A program made the position numbers and the translations under genes. Source: an uncultured Pseudomonadales bacterium (GTDB taxonomy: Bacteria; Patescibacteriota; Microgenomatia; UBA1400; Chazhemtobacteraceae). From it: a stretch of 64,000 nt of DNA. The notes below the pieces were generated by a model. The model did not search any database. It had not been told where the DNA came from and saw nothing but the letters and a program-made list of their open reading frames with translations. The DNA lies in assembly GCA_964618725.1 (NCBI GenBank), contig CAZUBK010000004.1, positions 15,485-79,484 on the forward strand. Reading direction: 5' to 3'. Shown in pieces: positions 16,566 to 28,300 of this stretch. The stretch's first letter is position 1, and every line of letters begins with the position of its first letter.

Positions 16566-18797
16566 ATGCATTCTTGGATCCCTCGTATCAACCATCTCCT
16601 CACCAATCTTCTCGCCGCCACCTTTTTTTTCGTTCCTCTTGTTATGTGGCCGGCTACCTCAGAAGTTTTTGAATTCAATAAAATGCTTCTGGTTTATCTA
16701 CTCACCAGTCTCATTGGCACCCTTACCATCACCAAGTGGATTTTTCAAAAACGTCTTGACCTCAAGAGAACCCCTCTCGACCTCCCCATTTTCCTCTTTC
16801 TTCTCGGACAACTTCTCTCCACTATTTTCTCCATCAACCCTCATACCTCTCTCTGGGGCTACTACTCCCGTTTCCATGGTGGCCTTGGTTCCACTGTCGC
16901 CTACGCCATGTTGTATTACGCTCTGGCCAATCATCTTCTGATTGACGATTTAAGGGTACGCCATCAACGATTCTCTACCGTCATCCTCGCCATTCTTGCC
17001 TCTGCCACCTTGGTTTCAGTGTACGGCATCCTCGAACACCTCGGTATCGACAAAAACGTCTGGGTCCAAGATGTCCAAAATCGCGTCTTCTCTACCTTAG
17101 GTCAACCCAACTGGCTCTCTGCGTATCTTACGGCCCTGCTCCCCCTTCCCATCTATCTCGCTCTGAAATCAACCAAAAAAACTAACTTCCTCATATACTC
17201 CCTCCTGGCTATTACCTTCTTCCTCACCACCCTCTTTACTAAAAGCCGTTCCGGCATCGGCACTAGCCTCATCATTCTCCTCTTAATCCTTTTTCATCAA
17301 CTAATAAATCTTACTAAAAGTGCTCAAAAGACCGTCAGTAAGACGACTCTTTTACTTCCCTTTTTGCTTCTTTTTATCATCTTTCTAGTCGGCACGCCTT
17401 GGACCCCCAATCCCAAACAAATTAGCCAAAGATTAAGTTTCGGTGGCCCACTCTGGCCCGAAGTCGAAAGCTATCTCAACCAAGTCCACCTCAGTACAAA
17501 GATAAAACCTCTTGAGGTAAGCCGTCTCTCCATTACTCTCCAGGAATCCCTCAAACTCCAAGAAAGCGGCAAACGCATTGGTGGCTCTGATTCCTTCGAC
17601 ATCCGTCGAGTTGTCTGGCAGGGGGCGATTGATCTGTTTAAGCGCCGCCCCATTCTCGGGACTGGTCTTGAAACCTTTGGCTACTCCTACTACTGGACCC
17701 GTCCTGCTGCTCACAATCTCCTCTCCGAATGGGATTTTCTCTACAACAAGGCCCACAATGAGTATCTTAATTTCTTGGCCACCACCGGCCTACTCGGCTT
17801 CATCAGCTATCTTATCCTCATCATCTTCACCCTAAAAACACTTTTCCTCACCTTCAGAAATACTCAAGCAAATCCCTTCCCTCCTGCCTTCCTCTTCGGT
17901 TTCATCAGTATCCTCATCACTAACTATTTTGGCTTCTCCGTTGTCCCCGTTGCTCTTTTCTTTTTTACCTTGCCCATTCTCTCCCTTGCCAGCACTGAAA
18001 CCATTTTGAAAGAATTTACTTTTAATCTCAAGAGACAACTCACCAAGAAACAACAAAAGAAAAGTAAAATAAAACATCTCCCGCCTCTTTTTGTTACTTT
18101 CCTTATTCTCCTTCTTCTTGGTCAACTCTTCATCTTTAAACGAATCCTTTACCGCTTCCTCGCCGATCTTAACTACAACAAAGGTCGACAGTATTTAAAT
18201 GCCGGATATATTAGCGAAAGCCTCCCTCTCCTCCAAAAAGCCACTCAACTCCATACTCACGAACCAGTCTTTAAATCCTCCCTAGCTGAAGCCTATGCCT
18301 TTGCCGCTCTAGCCACCAACCAACAGCTCAACGCTGCCACTCCTTCGGCTCAAAATGCCGGTCCTAACTCAAAACTTTCACAACAACGCGACCAATATGC
18401 CGCCCTTGCTCTTGAGACCATCGATCAGACTCTCAATCTTAATCCCTGGCATCTCAACTTTCTTAAGTCCAAAGCCAAGATAGAGTTAACTCTCGCTACC
18501 TTTGAACCCCAATTTTATCAACGCTCCATTCACTCTCTTCTAAAAGCCATCTCTCTAGCTCCCACCGATGCCAAGCTCTATTTCAACGTCGCCATTATCT
18601 ACGAAGAAACTGGCCAAAACGACTCCGCACTCGCGGCTTATTACAAATCACTCGAGCTAAAGCCCGACTATCAACAAGCCCGGGTCGAGCTCATCAATCT
18701 CCTCATCAAAGAAAAACGCATTAATGAGGCCAAACAAGAACTCCCCCATCTCCTCAACGACTTCCCTAATCACCCACTCAAGCAAACTCTCAAGTAA
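16566..18797 (+). CDS. O-antigen ligase/polymerase (Wzy_C-like) membrane domain fused to C-terminal TPR repeats
   Basis: 743 aa. 10 or more TM segments. NKAHNEYLNFLATTGLLGF motif, typical of O-antigen ligase. The C-terminus has TPR-like repeats (AIIYEETGQNDSALAAYYKSLELKPDY). Confidence 0.6.
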   Translation: MHSWIPRINHLLTNLLAATFFFVPLVMWPATSEVFEFNKMLLVYLLTSLIGTLTITKWIFQKRLDLKRTPLDLPIFLFLLGQLLSTIFSINPHTSLWGYYSRFHGGLGSTVAYAMLYYALANHLLIDDLRVRHQRFSTVILAILASATLVSVYGILEHLGIDKNVWVQDVQNRVFSTLGQPNWLSAYLTALLPLPIYLALKSTKKTNFLIYSLLAITFFLTTLFTKSRSGIGTSLIILLLILFHQLINLTKSAQKTVSKTTLLLPFLLLFIIFLVGTPWTPNPKQISQRLSFGGPLWPEVESYLNQVHLSTKIKPLEVSRLSITLQESLKLQESGKRIGGSDSFDIRRVVWQGAIDLFKRRPILGTGLETFGYSYYWTRPAAHNLLSEWDFLYNKAHNEYLNFLATTGLLGFISYLILIIFTLKTLFLTFRNTQANPFPPAFLFGFISILITNYFGFSVVPVALFFFTLPILSLASTETILKEFTFNLKRQLTKKQQKKSKIKHLPPLFVTFLILLLLGQLFIFKRILYRFLADLNYNKGRQYLNAGYISESLPLLQKATQLHTHEPVFKSSLAEAYAFAALATNQQLNAATPSAQNAGPNSKLSQQRDQYAALALETIDQTLNLNPWHLNFLKSKAKIELTLATFEPQFYQRSIHSLLKAISLAPTDAKLYFNVAIIYEETGQNDSALAAYYKSLELKPDYQQARVELINLLIKEKRINEAKQELPHLLNDFPNHPLKQTLK

Positions 18798-18837
18798 GAC
18801 TTGCTATAGGTTAAGAATTAAGATAAAATTACAGTCA

Positions 18838-19419
18838 ATGAAGATTCTCACCACTCCCCATCCCGCTCTCAGAAAAAAAGCCAAGAAGGTCATATCCCTG
18901 GATACCAAAACTCTCAAAGAGATTAATGTCATGATTACCCTCCTCAAAGCTGCTTCCGATCCTAAAGGCGTTGGACTTGCCGCCACTCAAATCGGCATCG
19001 ATAAACAGATCTTTATTCTAATTCGCAAAAGAAGCAAAGTCGAAGTCTTCATCAATCCCCTTATCACCCAAAAATCCACCAAGATGTTCTCCGATAAATA
19101 CAAAAAAAACAAAGACCGCTGGCTCGAAGGTTGCCTCTCTATTCCCAAACTTTGGGGCTTTGTCGATCGACCCTTTCAAGTCACCCTCGAGTATCAAACC
19201 TTCAACTACAGCCAAACTCTTTCTTCATCTACAGGGATCATCCCTGTAACACTCAAACTTGAATCTGTCATTAACGATTTTTCTGATATAGAATCGGCTT
19301 ACGTCCAACACGAAGTAGATCACCTAAACGGGATCCTATTTACCGATCACATTCTTAAACAAGGAGGTACGATCTTTAAAGAAGTCGCTGGAGATCTGGA
19401 ACCCATCTCCTTCTCCTAA
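18838..19419 (+). CDS. def: peptide deformylase
   Basis: GVGLAATQIG (motif 1), EGCLSIP (motif 2), HEVDHLNG (motif 3). The start is moved to the internal ATG at 18838. Confidence 0.85.
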   Translation: MKILTTPHPALRKKAKKVISLDTKTLKEINVMITLLKAASDPKGVGLAATQIGIDKQIFILIRKRSKVEVFINPLITQKSTKMFSDKYKKNKDRWLEGCLSIPKLWGFVDRPFQVTLEYQTFNYSQTLSSSTGIIPVTLKLESVINDFSDIESAYVQHEVDHLNGILFTDHILKQGGTIFKEVAGDLEPISFS

Positions 19420-19440
19420 ACGCTTGAAACGGAGGTAGTA

Positions 19441-19785
19441 GTGGTAAGCCAAGTTAGTCTAAACAAAACGACCACACGCTCTTTTACTTTAGGCCGTTGT
19501 TATACATACACTGCCATTCAGCTTGCTCTTGAACTTCTTTTGCTCGACTACACCATTGCCTGGTCCGACGACACCCCTCCCAATGAAGAAACCTTAAATA
19601 TTGCCCTAATCAACTCCACTCGCTTTAATCCTCACGTAACTCTTCAACTCAATATCAAACTCCATCCAGTACCCAGGGGTAGCTACTACCTTCACCTCAC
19701 TATCACTGGCGCAGAAGGCGATCTCGAAAAAGTCCTCAAACAAGTGAAAAAGATTTACCGCCGTCTCGCTCCTCCCAACGCTTGA
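19441..19785 (+). CDS. hypothetical protein, 114 aa
   Basis: ORF from the track. Two HxTx motifs lie only about 20 aa apart, which does not fit a 2H phosphoesterase. Confidence 0.35.
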   Translation: MVSQVSLNKTTTRSFTLGRCYTYTAIQLALELLLLDYTIAWSDDTPPNEETLNIALINSTRFNPHVTLQLNIKLHPVPRGSYYLHLTITGAEGDLEKVLKQVKKIYRRLAPPNA

Positions 19786-19834
19786 ACGCAAAATACCACC
19801 GGCAACAGCCGGTGGTATAAAATCTTACTTCTCT

Positions 19835-20182
19835 TTATTTCTTCTTACCCGCCCACATCTCAATTATCAAACTTACCATAACATAAGCTCCAACAGCTGC
19901 ACCGGCAAGCGGAAATACTACCCAAAGTAAAGCTCCGACCACTCCACCTGAGCTAAGTGGCACCGGCAGTACAAAACCAAAGACAGGAGAAGAGACTGTC
20001 AAGATGAAGTTGCCTAAGGCTATCAGTACTACTTCCACCACTCCCATAAGGAATGAACCCAGAAATACACCCACCACTATACCCAAAACGATCAAAGCAA
20101 TCTGCCTGGTCACTTTTGAAACGACTAAACTCAGACCAAACATCACTACTGAAAATCCAACCAACAAATAGACTAGATCCAT
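19835..20182 (-). CDS. hypothetical membrane protein, 115 aa
   Basis: Four hydrophobic segments, C-terminal KKK. Confidence 0.45.
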   Translation of the reverse strand: MDLVYLLVGFSVVMFGLSLVVSKVTRQIALIVLGIVVGVFLGSFLMGVVEVVLIALGNFILTVSSPVFGFVLPVPLSSGGVVGALLWVVFPLAGAAVGAYVMVSLIIEMWAGKKK

Positions 20183-20237
20183 TTTCCTTTTTCTCCTGAT
20201 TGAATGTGCTACTCAAAGCTCCTATAATTGTACCACC

Positions 20238-21149
20238 ATGACCACAAATGTCAAACCCGTTAATCTCGTCTACTTCGGTTCTCCCGATTTTTCTGGGGAG
20301 ATTCTTAAACAACTCCTCGACCACCCCCTATCCAATATCAAAGTCGTTGCTGTTGTCACCAACCCCGACAAAGAAACAGGTAGACTTAGGATCCTGACCT
20401 CCACTCCCGTTGCCCAAGTAGCTGACAGGTATCACCTCCCCATCTTCAAACCACTCAAGCTCGACGATAGCAATCTCACCCATCTCAAACTCCTAAATCC
20501 CGATATTTTCTTAGTTGTTGCCTACGGCAAGATTATTCCCCTCACTTGGCTCAAAACCCCTTCTCACTCCACCCTAAACGTCCACTTCTCTCTTCTCCCC
20601 AAATACCGCGGCGCCCTCTGTATCCAAGAAGCAATCAAGAATCAAGATTCGGTTACCGGCGTCACTCTGATGGAAATGGACGAGCAACTCGACCATGGGC
20701 CAATCATCTCCCAAGCTATTCAGGAGATATCCCAAAACGATGACGTGACCACCTTAACCCAAAAGCTCACCCAAAAAGCCATCACTCTTCTCTACAATGC
20801 TTTCCCTCAATATCTAACTAAACAAATCGCTCCTCAACCCCAAGACCACACTCAAGCCACTTTTACTCCCTCTTACAAGTCTCTCACTCACACATCTGCT
20901 TTTGTGCCTTGGTCACAGATCACAAATGATACACAATCGATCAAAACTCATGCGTTAATTTGTTCTCTCAACCCACAACCAGGCGCCTGGACCAAGATAC
21001 CGACTCTAAGCGGCGAGGTCGAAGCTAAGATCCTTCACACTCAAATCAACCCCAACACCAAGACTCTTGAAATCCTCACCATTCAACTCCCCGGACGTCC
21101 TCCCATCTCCTGGAAACAATTCCTTGCCGGCCACCCCCTCAAAACTTGA
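20238..21149 (+). CDS. fmt: methionyl-tRNA formyltransferase
   Basis: 303 aa. N-terminal VYFGSPDFS formyltransferase fold. Has the usual def-fmt linkage. Confidence 0.85.
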   Translation: MTTNVKPVNLVYFGSPDFSGEILKQLLDHPLSNIKVVAVVTNPDKETGRLRILTSTPVAQVADRYHLPIFKPLKLDDSNLTHLKLLNPDIFLVVAYGKIIPLTWLKTPSHSTLNVHFSLLPKYRGALCIQEAIKNQDSVTGVTLMEMDEQLDHGPIISQAIQEISQNDDVTTLTQKLTQKAITLLYNAFPQYLTKQIAPQPQDHTQATFTPSYKSLTHTSAFVPWSQITNDTQSIKTHALICSLNPQPGAWTKIPTLSGEVEAKILHTQINPNTKTLEILTIQLPGRPPISWKQFLAGHPLKT

Positions 21150-21221
21150 CTCCCCAACCAAAACCCAGTAAAATATAGGCTACAAGAGCCCTTTAAATCC
21201 TAGTTTAGTTCCGGAGGGAAA

Positions 21222-21650
21222 ATGTTACCTCAACCGCCACCCAAACGTGAAGGCGAAGAAAGCAAAAGGCCTTTCGCCAGACGCATCCCGGAGCCTTCTC
21301 AACCCCTTTCAGGAGAGCATCGTGGAGGATATGGCAGTCGTGATATATATCCCCGCCATCCGGTCCCTCAATCTCCCCCTACGACCCAGGGGGAAGATCA
21401 CACTCCCCGCAACGTTCCGGGATCGGTCATGGACCACCTCCCCAATCATCTTCGCGATCTGGACAAGCAGGAGCCAGATCTGTCTGAGTATCCCGTCCAC
21501 CAGTCTCCTCGCTCTCGCCCCAGTAACTCTGTCACCTCTCATTCCGAAACACAGAACCTCGACAATTACATCAAGGGGGCCCTCATCACCGTTGGCTTTC
21601 TGCTTTTCCTCTTTTTACTTCTCGGATTGATTTACTTTCTCGCTAGGTAA
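21222..21650 (+). CDS. hypothetical Pro/Gln-rich protein with a C-terminal TM anchor
   Basis: 142 aa. GGAGGG RBS. Low-complexity N-terminus. C-terminal ALITVGFLLFLFLLLGLIYFLAR. An alternative overlapping frame at 21247..21630 was not preferred. Confidence 0.4.
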   Translation: MLPQPPPKREGEESKRPFARRIPEPSQPLSGEHRGGYGSRDIYPRHPVPQSPPTTQGEDHTPRNVPGSVMDHLPNHLRDLDKQEPDLSEYPVHQSPRSRPSNSVTSHSETQNLDNYIKGALITVGFLLFLFLLLGLIYFLAR

Positions 21651-21661
21651 TCCACGATATC

Positions 21662-21690
21662 GCTCTCCCCCAAAGGGAGAGCTTTTTTTT
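21662..21690 (+). terminator. rho-independent terminator (CTCTCCC-ccaaa-GGGAGAG + T8)
   Basis: Perfect 7-bp stem and a U8 tail. Could serve both convergent genes. Confidence 0.65.
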
Positions 21691-21699
21691 ATCAAACTC

Positions 21700-21948
21700 T
21701 TATTTCTTTGAAGTCTCTGTCCCACTCTCCATCGCCACTTTATGTGGCCTGACTGCTTTTCTCAAACATTTTGTACAGAGTCTTTGTCTAACAATCTTTC
21801 CCGCCACTAGAACTCTAGTCCAATGCAAATTCGGTTTGCGTATAATGTGGGTGCGGTTCTTTGCGTGTGACACAACATTGGCATGGGCAACGCCTTTTCC
21901 ACAATTGACACAAACCACAGATAGTCTACTTACAACTTTACTCAACAT
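21700..21948 (-). CDS. rpmB: 50S ribosomal protein L28, probably leaderless
   Basis: VCVNCGKGVAHANVVSHAKNRT...LCTKCLRK is the L28 signature. Start at ATG 21948. The minus-strand sequence TGGTAAAAT lies 8 nt upstream. Confidence 0.75.
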   Translation of the reverse strand: MLSKVVSRLSVVCVNCGKGVAHANVVSHAKNRTHIIRKPNLHWTRVLVAGKIVRQRLCTKCLRKAVRPHKVAMESGTETSKK

Positions 21949-21956
21949 AAGAGCCG

Positions 21957-21965
21957 ATTTTACCA
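21957..21965 (-). promoter_or_regulatory. extended -10 TGGTAAAAT for rpmB
   Basis: TGGTAAAATCGGCTCTT-ATG on the minus strand. The same element recurs before rpmG and three tRNA genes. Confidence 0.4.
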
Positions 21966-21994
21966 CAATCCCAGGCTGTTGTATACTTACTTAC

Positions 21995-22624
21995 ATGCTC
22001 GAAAGTATTTTTAGTGATCCAATTTTTTTTGTAGTTTGGATTCTTTCTCTTCTTCTTGCCATTTCTCTCCATGAGGCCGCCCACGCTTTCACTGCCGACC
22101 GTCTCGGCGATCCCACCCCACGTGTTCAGGGCCGCCTTACTCTTAACCCACTCTCCCACCTCGACCCCTTGGGTACCATTATGCTTCTTCTCTTTCGTTT
22201 TGGCTGGGGCCGCCCTGTCCAGTTCGACCCTTCCAACCTAAAAAATCCCCGTCAAGACGCCGCCATTATTTCCCTCGCTGGTCCTGTCAGTAATCTAACT
22301 CTCGCCCTCTCCTCCTCCCTCATCTCTCGTTTCCTCCTGCCCGAATATCTCTCTCCCCTTCTTTATCCCTTTGTCTTCCTCAATATCGGTTTAGCCATCT
22401 TCAATCTCGTCCCCATCCACCCCCTCGACGGCAGCAAAATAATTCTCGGCATCCTCCCCCTCGACCTCGCCCTCGAATGGCAATCTATTATGCAACGCTA
22501 CGGCACCATCATCCTTCTTCTTATGATTCTCCCTTTCTCTGGTACCTCCCCCATCATTACCCTCATTCTCCCCATCGTCCAATTTATCATCCGTCTTTTA
22601 TTGCCATCAGCCCAGTATGTTTAG
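21995..22624 (+). CDS. site-2 protease family (M50) zinc metalloprotease
   Basis: HEAAHA (HExxH) and NLVPIHPLDGSKI (LDG motif) with several TM segments. The start is moved to the internal ATG so it does not overlap rpmB. Confidence 0.7.
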   Translation: MLESIFSDPIFFVVWILSLLLAISLHEAAHAFTADRLGDPTPRVQGRLTLNPLSHLDPLGTIMLLLFRFGWGRPVQFDPSNLKNPRQDAAIISLAGPVSNLTLALSSSLISRFLLPEYLSPLLYPFVFLNIGLAIFNLVPIHPLDGSKIILGILPLDLALEWQSIMQRYGTIILLLMILPFSGTSPIITLILPIVQFIIRLLLPSAQYV

Positions 22625-22650
22625 CAGGTTCTTCTTCTCTTATTTGAGTT

Positions 22651-23268
22651 CTACTGTTCCTTTCTTCTTGTTACTATCGTCAATATCACTCCCGCTACGA
22701 TTACAACCAAGACGCCTAGTCCCACAATCCTCCCCACCAATCCCAGTGCCTTCCCAAAGGTAGATCCGTTATTCTTCACAACCCCTTTATCTTGAATTAG
22801 TGGCGCTGGCGTCGGCGTCACCGCCACTGTCGGCGTTACTTTGATTTCTACTTTTTCCGTTATCGGTCCGCCAAAGGGGATCGCTTCCAGTTTTCCCTCC
22901 ATCACCCTATCCTCCGATGCCTTTCTTGGGAAAGAGCTGCCCTCCAAAGTCACAAACATCTTACTAAATGCCTGGTCGATCGCTGTATCCAGTTTCCCCC
23001 TCACAATTTCTCCCAAACGAAATACCTTCCCTTCATCGTTTTCTGCCCACAAAATATAATAGTTATTCTCTGAACTAAAGGCCACCTTCAAATCTCGACA
23101 GGTAACCAAAAGCCGATACATCCTGTCTTCAAAAACACTCGCCGCGAAACACCTACCCGAAAACTCTCCCAAGGGAGCCAATTTAACAATCCCTTCATTA
23201 GCTAAAGTCTTCCCACTTCCCAGCCCCAATAACACCAACCCAAAAAATATTCCTAATAGTTTCCTCAT
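22651..23268 (-). CDS. hypothetical secreted protein with a C-terminal TM anchor
   Basis: 205 aa. Signal peptide, TPTVAVTPTPAP linker, C-terminal hydrophobic helix plus RRKEQ. Confidence 0.5.
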   Translation of the reverse strand: MRKLLGIFFGLVLLGLGSGKTLANEGIVKLAPLGEFSGRCFAASVFEDRMYRLLVTCRDLKVAFSSENNYYILWAENDEGKVFRLGEIVRGKLDTAIDQAFSKMFVTLEGSSFPRKASEDRVMEGKLEAIPFGGPITEKVEIKVTPTVAVTPTPAPLIQDKGVVKNNGSTFGKALGLVGRIVGLGVLVVIVAGVILTIVTRRKEQ

Positions 23269-23324
23269 GCCCGCATTCTACATCAAGAATGTAATGCCAC
23301 GCAATTACAGGCGTAGATATTTTC

Positions 23325-25849
<2,525 letters not shown>

Positions 25850-25853
<4 letters not shown>

Positions 25854-27352
25854 TCCACTACCTCCCGACTAATAAGACTTGGATTATTTTTAATCGCCTC
25901 CACAAACACCGAAAAACCAGCTGCGTCAGCAATGACCTGGTCGATTTTCTTTTGGTACTCCTCCCTTGTTTGATAGGCCTCCATCACCTTTGCTATTTCC
26001 GCCTTCATTTCCTGAACTGTGATATCCCTCCACAAAGAAGCCCACAAACAACCTACTACCAGGACCGCCACTGACATCGGAATGATCGTGGTCGAAGATT
26101 GATCAAAAAAAGCCGTCAAGCGATCTCCTAAATCTAGATCCCGCTTAATTGCCTCTGATAACTCCGCACCAAAATGCATGAACTGCCTCAGTCTCTCTTG
26201 TTTAACCATAAAGCCGTTAAGTTGCCGACTTAAATCCCTTATCAACGGCGTCTGAGCCTGAAGACCGACTCTGGTTACCGACAAAAAGGGATTCAAAGCC
26301 GGTCGTCTCCCTTGGTTAAAGAAATCACTATCAAAAAATAGATGTCCATCCGTCATAGCCATTAAGTTGGTCTGTATGTAACCCGAAAGATCACTCAGCA
26401 CCGTCTCGGCTATCGGCAACGCTGTAATCGAACCTTTGGCAAATTTACCCGCCCTCTCCAAGAGCCTCGCATGAATGTAAAAAATATCACCCGGATACGA
26501 ACTCCTTCCCGGAAAACGCTGTGCCAACAAGGAGATCTCACGATAGAAACGAGCATGAGTTGTTAGATCGTCAAAGATAATCAACACGTCCTTACCTTGA
26601 TCGCGAAAAAACTCTGCCTGAGTCATTCCCGAATAAGGAGTCAGGTAGATCAGTCCGGCGGCATCATCCGACGTCGAGGTCACCAAAACCATGCTCTTCT
26701 CCAAACCATTGGTCTTAATGAACTCCTCAAACCGCTTAATATCTGACTTTCTCTTGCCTATCCCGACATACACGGAAACTACTCCCTTTTTGGCCTGTGA
26801 CAAAATGACCTGCATTAAGAACTGGGTCTTACCCGTCTTTCTGTCTCCCACCAGTAACTGACGTTGTCCCTTTCCTAGTGGCACCATCAGATCAACCACT
26901 GGTACCCCTACCTCAAAGGCCTCAGTAATCCCCTCTCTGTCTAGTATTCCGGCTGGCTCCTGATCAATCGGTCTCGTCTCTAAGCCTTCACTCCCAATGA
27001 CTCCATCCCCATCGATCACTCTCCCCAACGGATCTATCGTCTTACCGAGTAGCTTTTCACCTACTTTTGTCGAGAGTAGCAGTCCCGTTCTAGCCACCCT
27101 GTCCCCCACTCTAATCAGTCCCTTTGATAATGGTAAGATCTCTACCATCTCATCTGAAACCAAAGCTATTACCTGACCCAACTCACCGGTCTCAAACATG
27201 ACTACTTCCGATGCTCGCACTCCCGGCAATCCTTTTATCCTTATAATCGAATGGACTACCTGGTCCACATAACCCACCTCACCCATTTTTTCTAAACATT
27301 CATCAAACTTGTACATACTTTTCTTCAAATATTTTCTTGAGCGATAAATCAA
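25850..27352 (-). CDS. atpA: F1 ATP synthase alpha subunit
   Basis: GDRKTGKT Walker A. 500 aa. Confidence 0.9.
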
Positions 27353-27743
27353 TGAATTTACCGCCTACCTCTAACACTACCCCGCCCAAAATATTGTGAT
27401 CTACCTCCACTTCAACAACTCGTTTCTCTCCCAACTTCTCTCTAACCGTTTCCACAATCTCTTCCAAGAAAGCCTCACTCGGATCAAAAGATAGTTTAAT
27501 CTTCACCACCTCAAGCTCATCCAATTCCACAATCAACTCATTCAAGCTTTTACCTCTATCCACTAGGTCCTCGTACCACACCAAAAACCGCTCAAACATT
27601 CTTTCTGGTAATTCTTTTTTAATCGTCTCCCTGACTTCCTCCTGATTTTTTGCCTTATAAACCAACTCCAATAATCTCTGCGCCAGACCTCGCATCTGCC
27701 TCACATCATCACTGGTAAGAACTAGCTGTACTATGCTATTCAT
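27303..27743 (-). CDS. atpH: ATP synthase delta (OSCP) subunit
   Basis: 146 aa. C-terminal ILGGVVLEVGGKFIDLSLK is OSCP-like. Confidence 0.7.
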   Translation of the reverse strand: MNSIVQLVLTSDDVRQMRGLAQRLLELVYKAKNQEEVRETIKKELPERMFERFLVWYEDLVDRGKSLNELIVELDELEVVKIKLSFDPSEAFLEEIVETVREKLGEKRVVEVEVDHNILGGVVLEVGGKFIDLSLKKIFEEKYVQV

Positions 27744-28296
27744 GAGTTTCCGGCATCTTTTCTAGTGCTGCCCGTACCAAATCTTCCGCATCCGTTTTTG
27801 ACAATGTTCTCCCGAGTATTTCCCTCGCCACATCATCGATCACCGCCTTGACTCTCTTATCAATCCTATCCGTCTCCACCTTCTTGTATTCTTCAATCGA
27901 CTTCTTGGCACTCGCAAAATCCTCCTCTGCCTCACTTACTAAAGTTTTTGCTGCTTCTCTGACCCTACTCCCCACTTCCGAAGCTATCAAGGTGGCGATC
28001 TGATCCATCATTACCTCTACTTTCTTGGCCACCTTATCTTTCAGCCCCTCATCAAAAAGTATCGTCTCTTGTAAAATCTGCTCTGCCTTACCTTCTGCTT
28101 CCTCTACTATCGCTTCCGACTTCTTCCTCGCCTCCTCAAGCCACTGCCCCGCCACCTTTTGACTCCGATCCTTATACTCTCTCAACGAGTGATATGAATC
28201 CAAAAGCTCTTGATATCTCGTCACCAACCAAATCAACACCAATACCGCAAAGATGTTTATTAAAATCGAAACATACAAAAAAACAAGGGCAGTCAT
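27736..28296 (-). CDS. atpF: ATP synthase Fo b subunit
   Basis: A single N-terminal TM segment followed by a long charged coiled-coil. Confidence 0.7.
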   Translation of the reverse strand: MTALVFLYVSILINIFAVLVLIWLVTRYQELLDSYHSLREYKDRSQKVAGQWLEEARKKSEAIVEEAEGKAEQILQETILFDEGLKDKVAKKVEVMMDQIATLIASEVGSRVREAAKTLVSEAEEDFASAKKSIEEYKKVETDRIDKRVKAVIDDVAREILGRTLSKTDAEDLVRAALEKMPETHE

Positions 28297-28300
28297 AAGA

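Noticed and set aside
19441-19785. 2H phosphoesterase (LigT-like) call from two HxTx motifs
   Set aside because: The motifs are only about 20 residues apart and the protein is too short. The spacing is inconsistent with the 2H fold.
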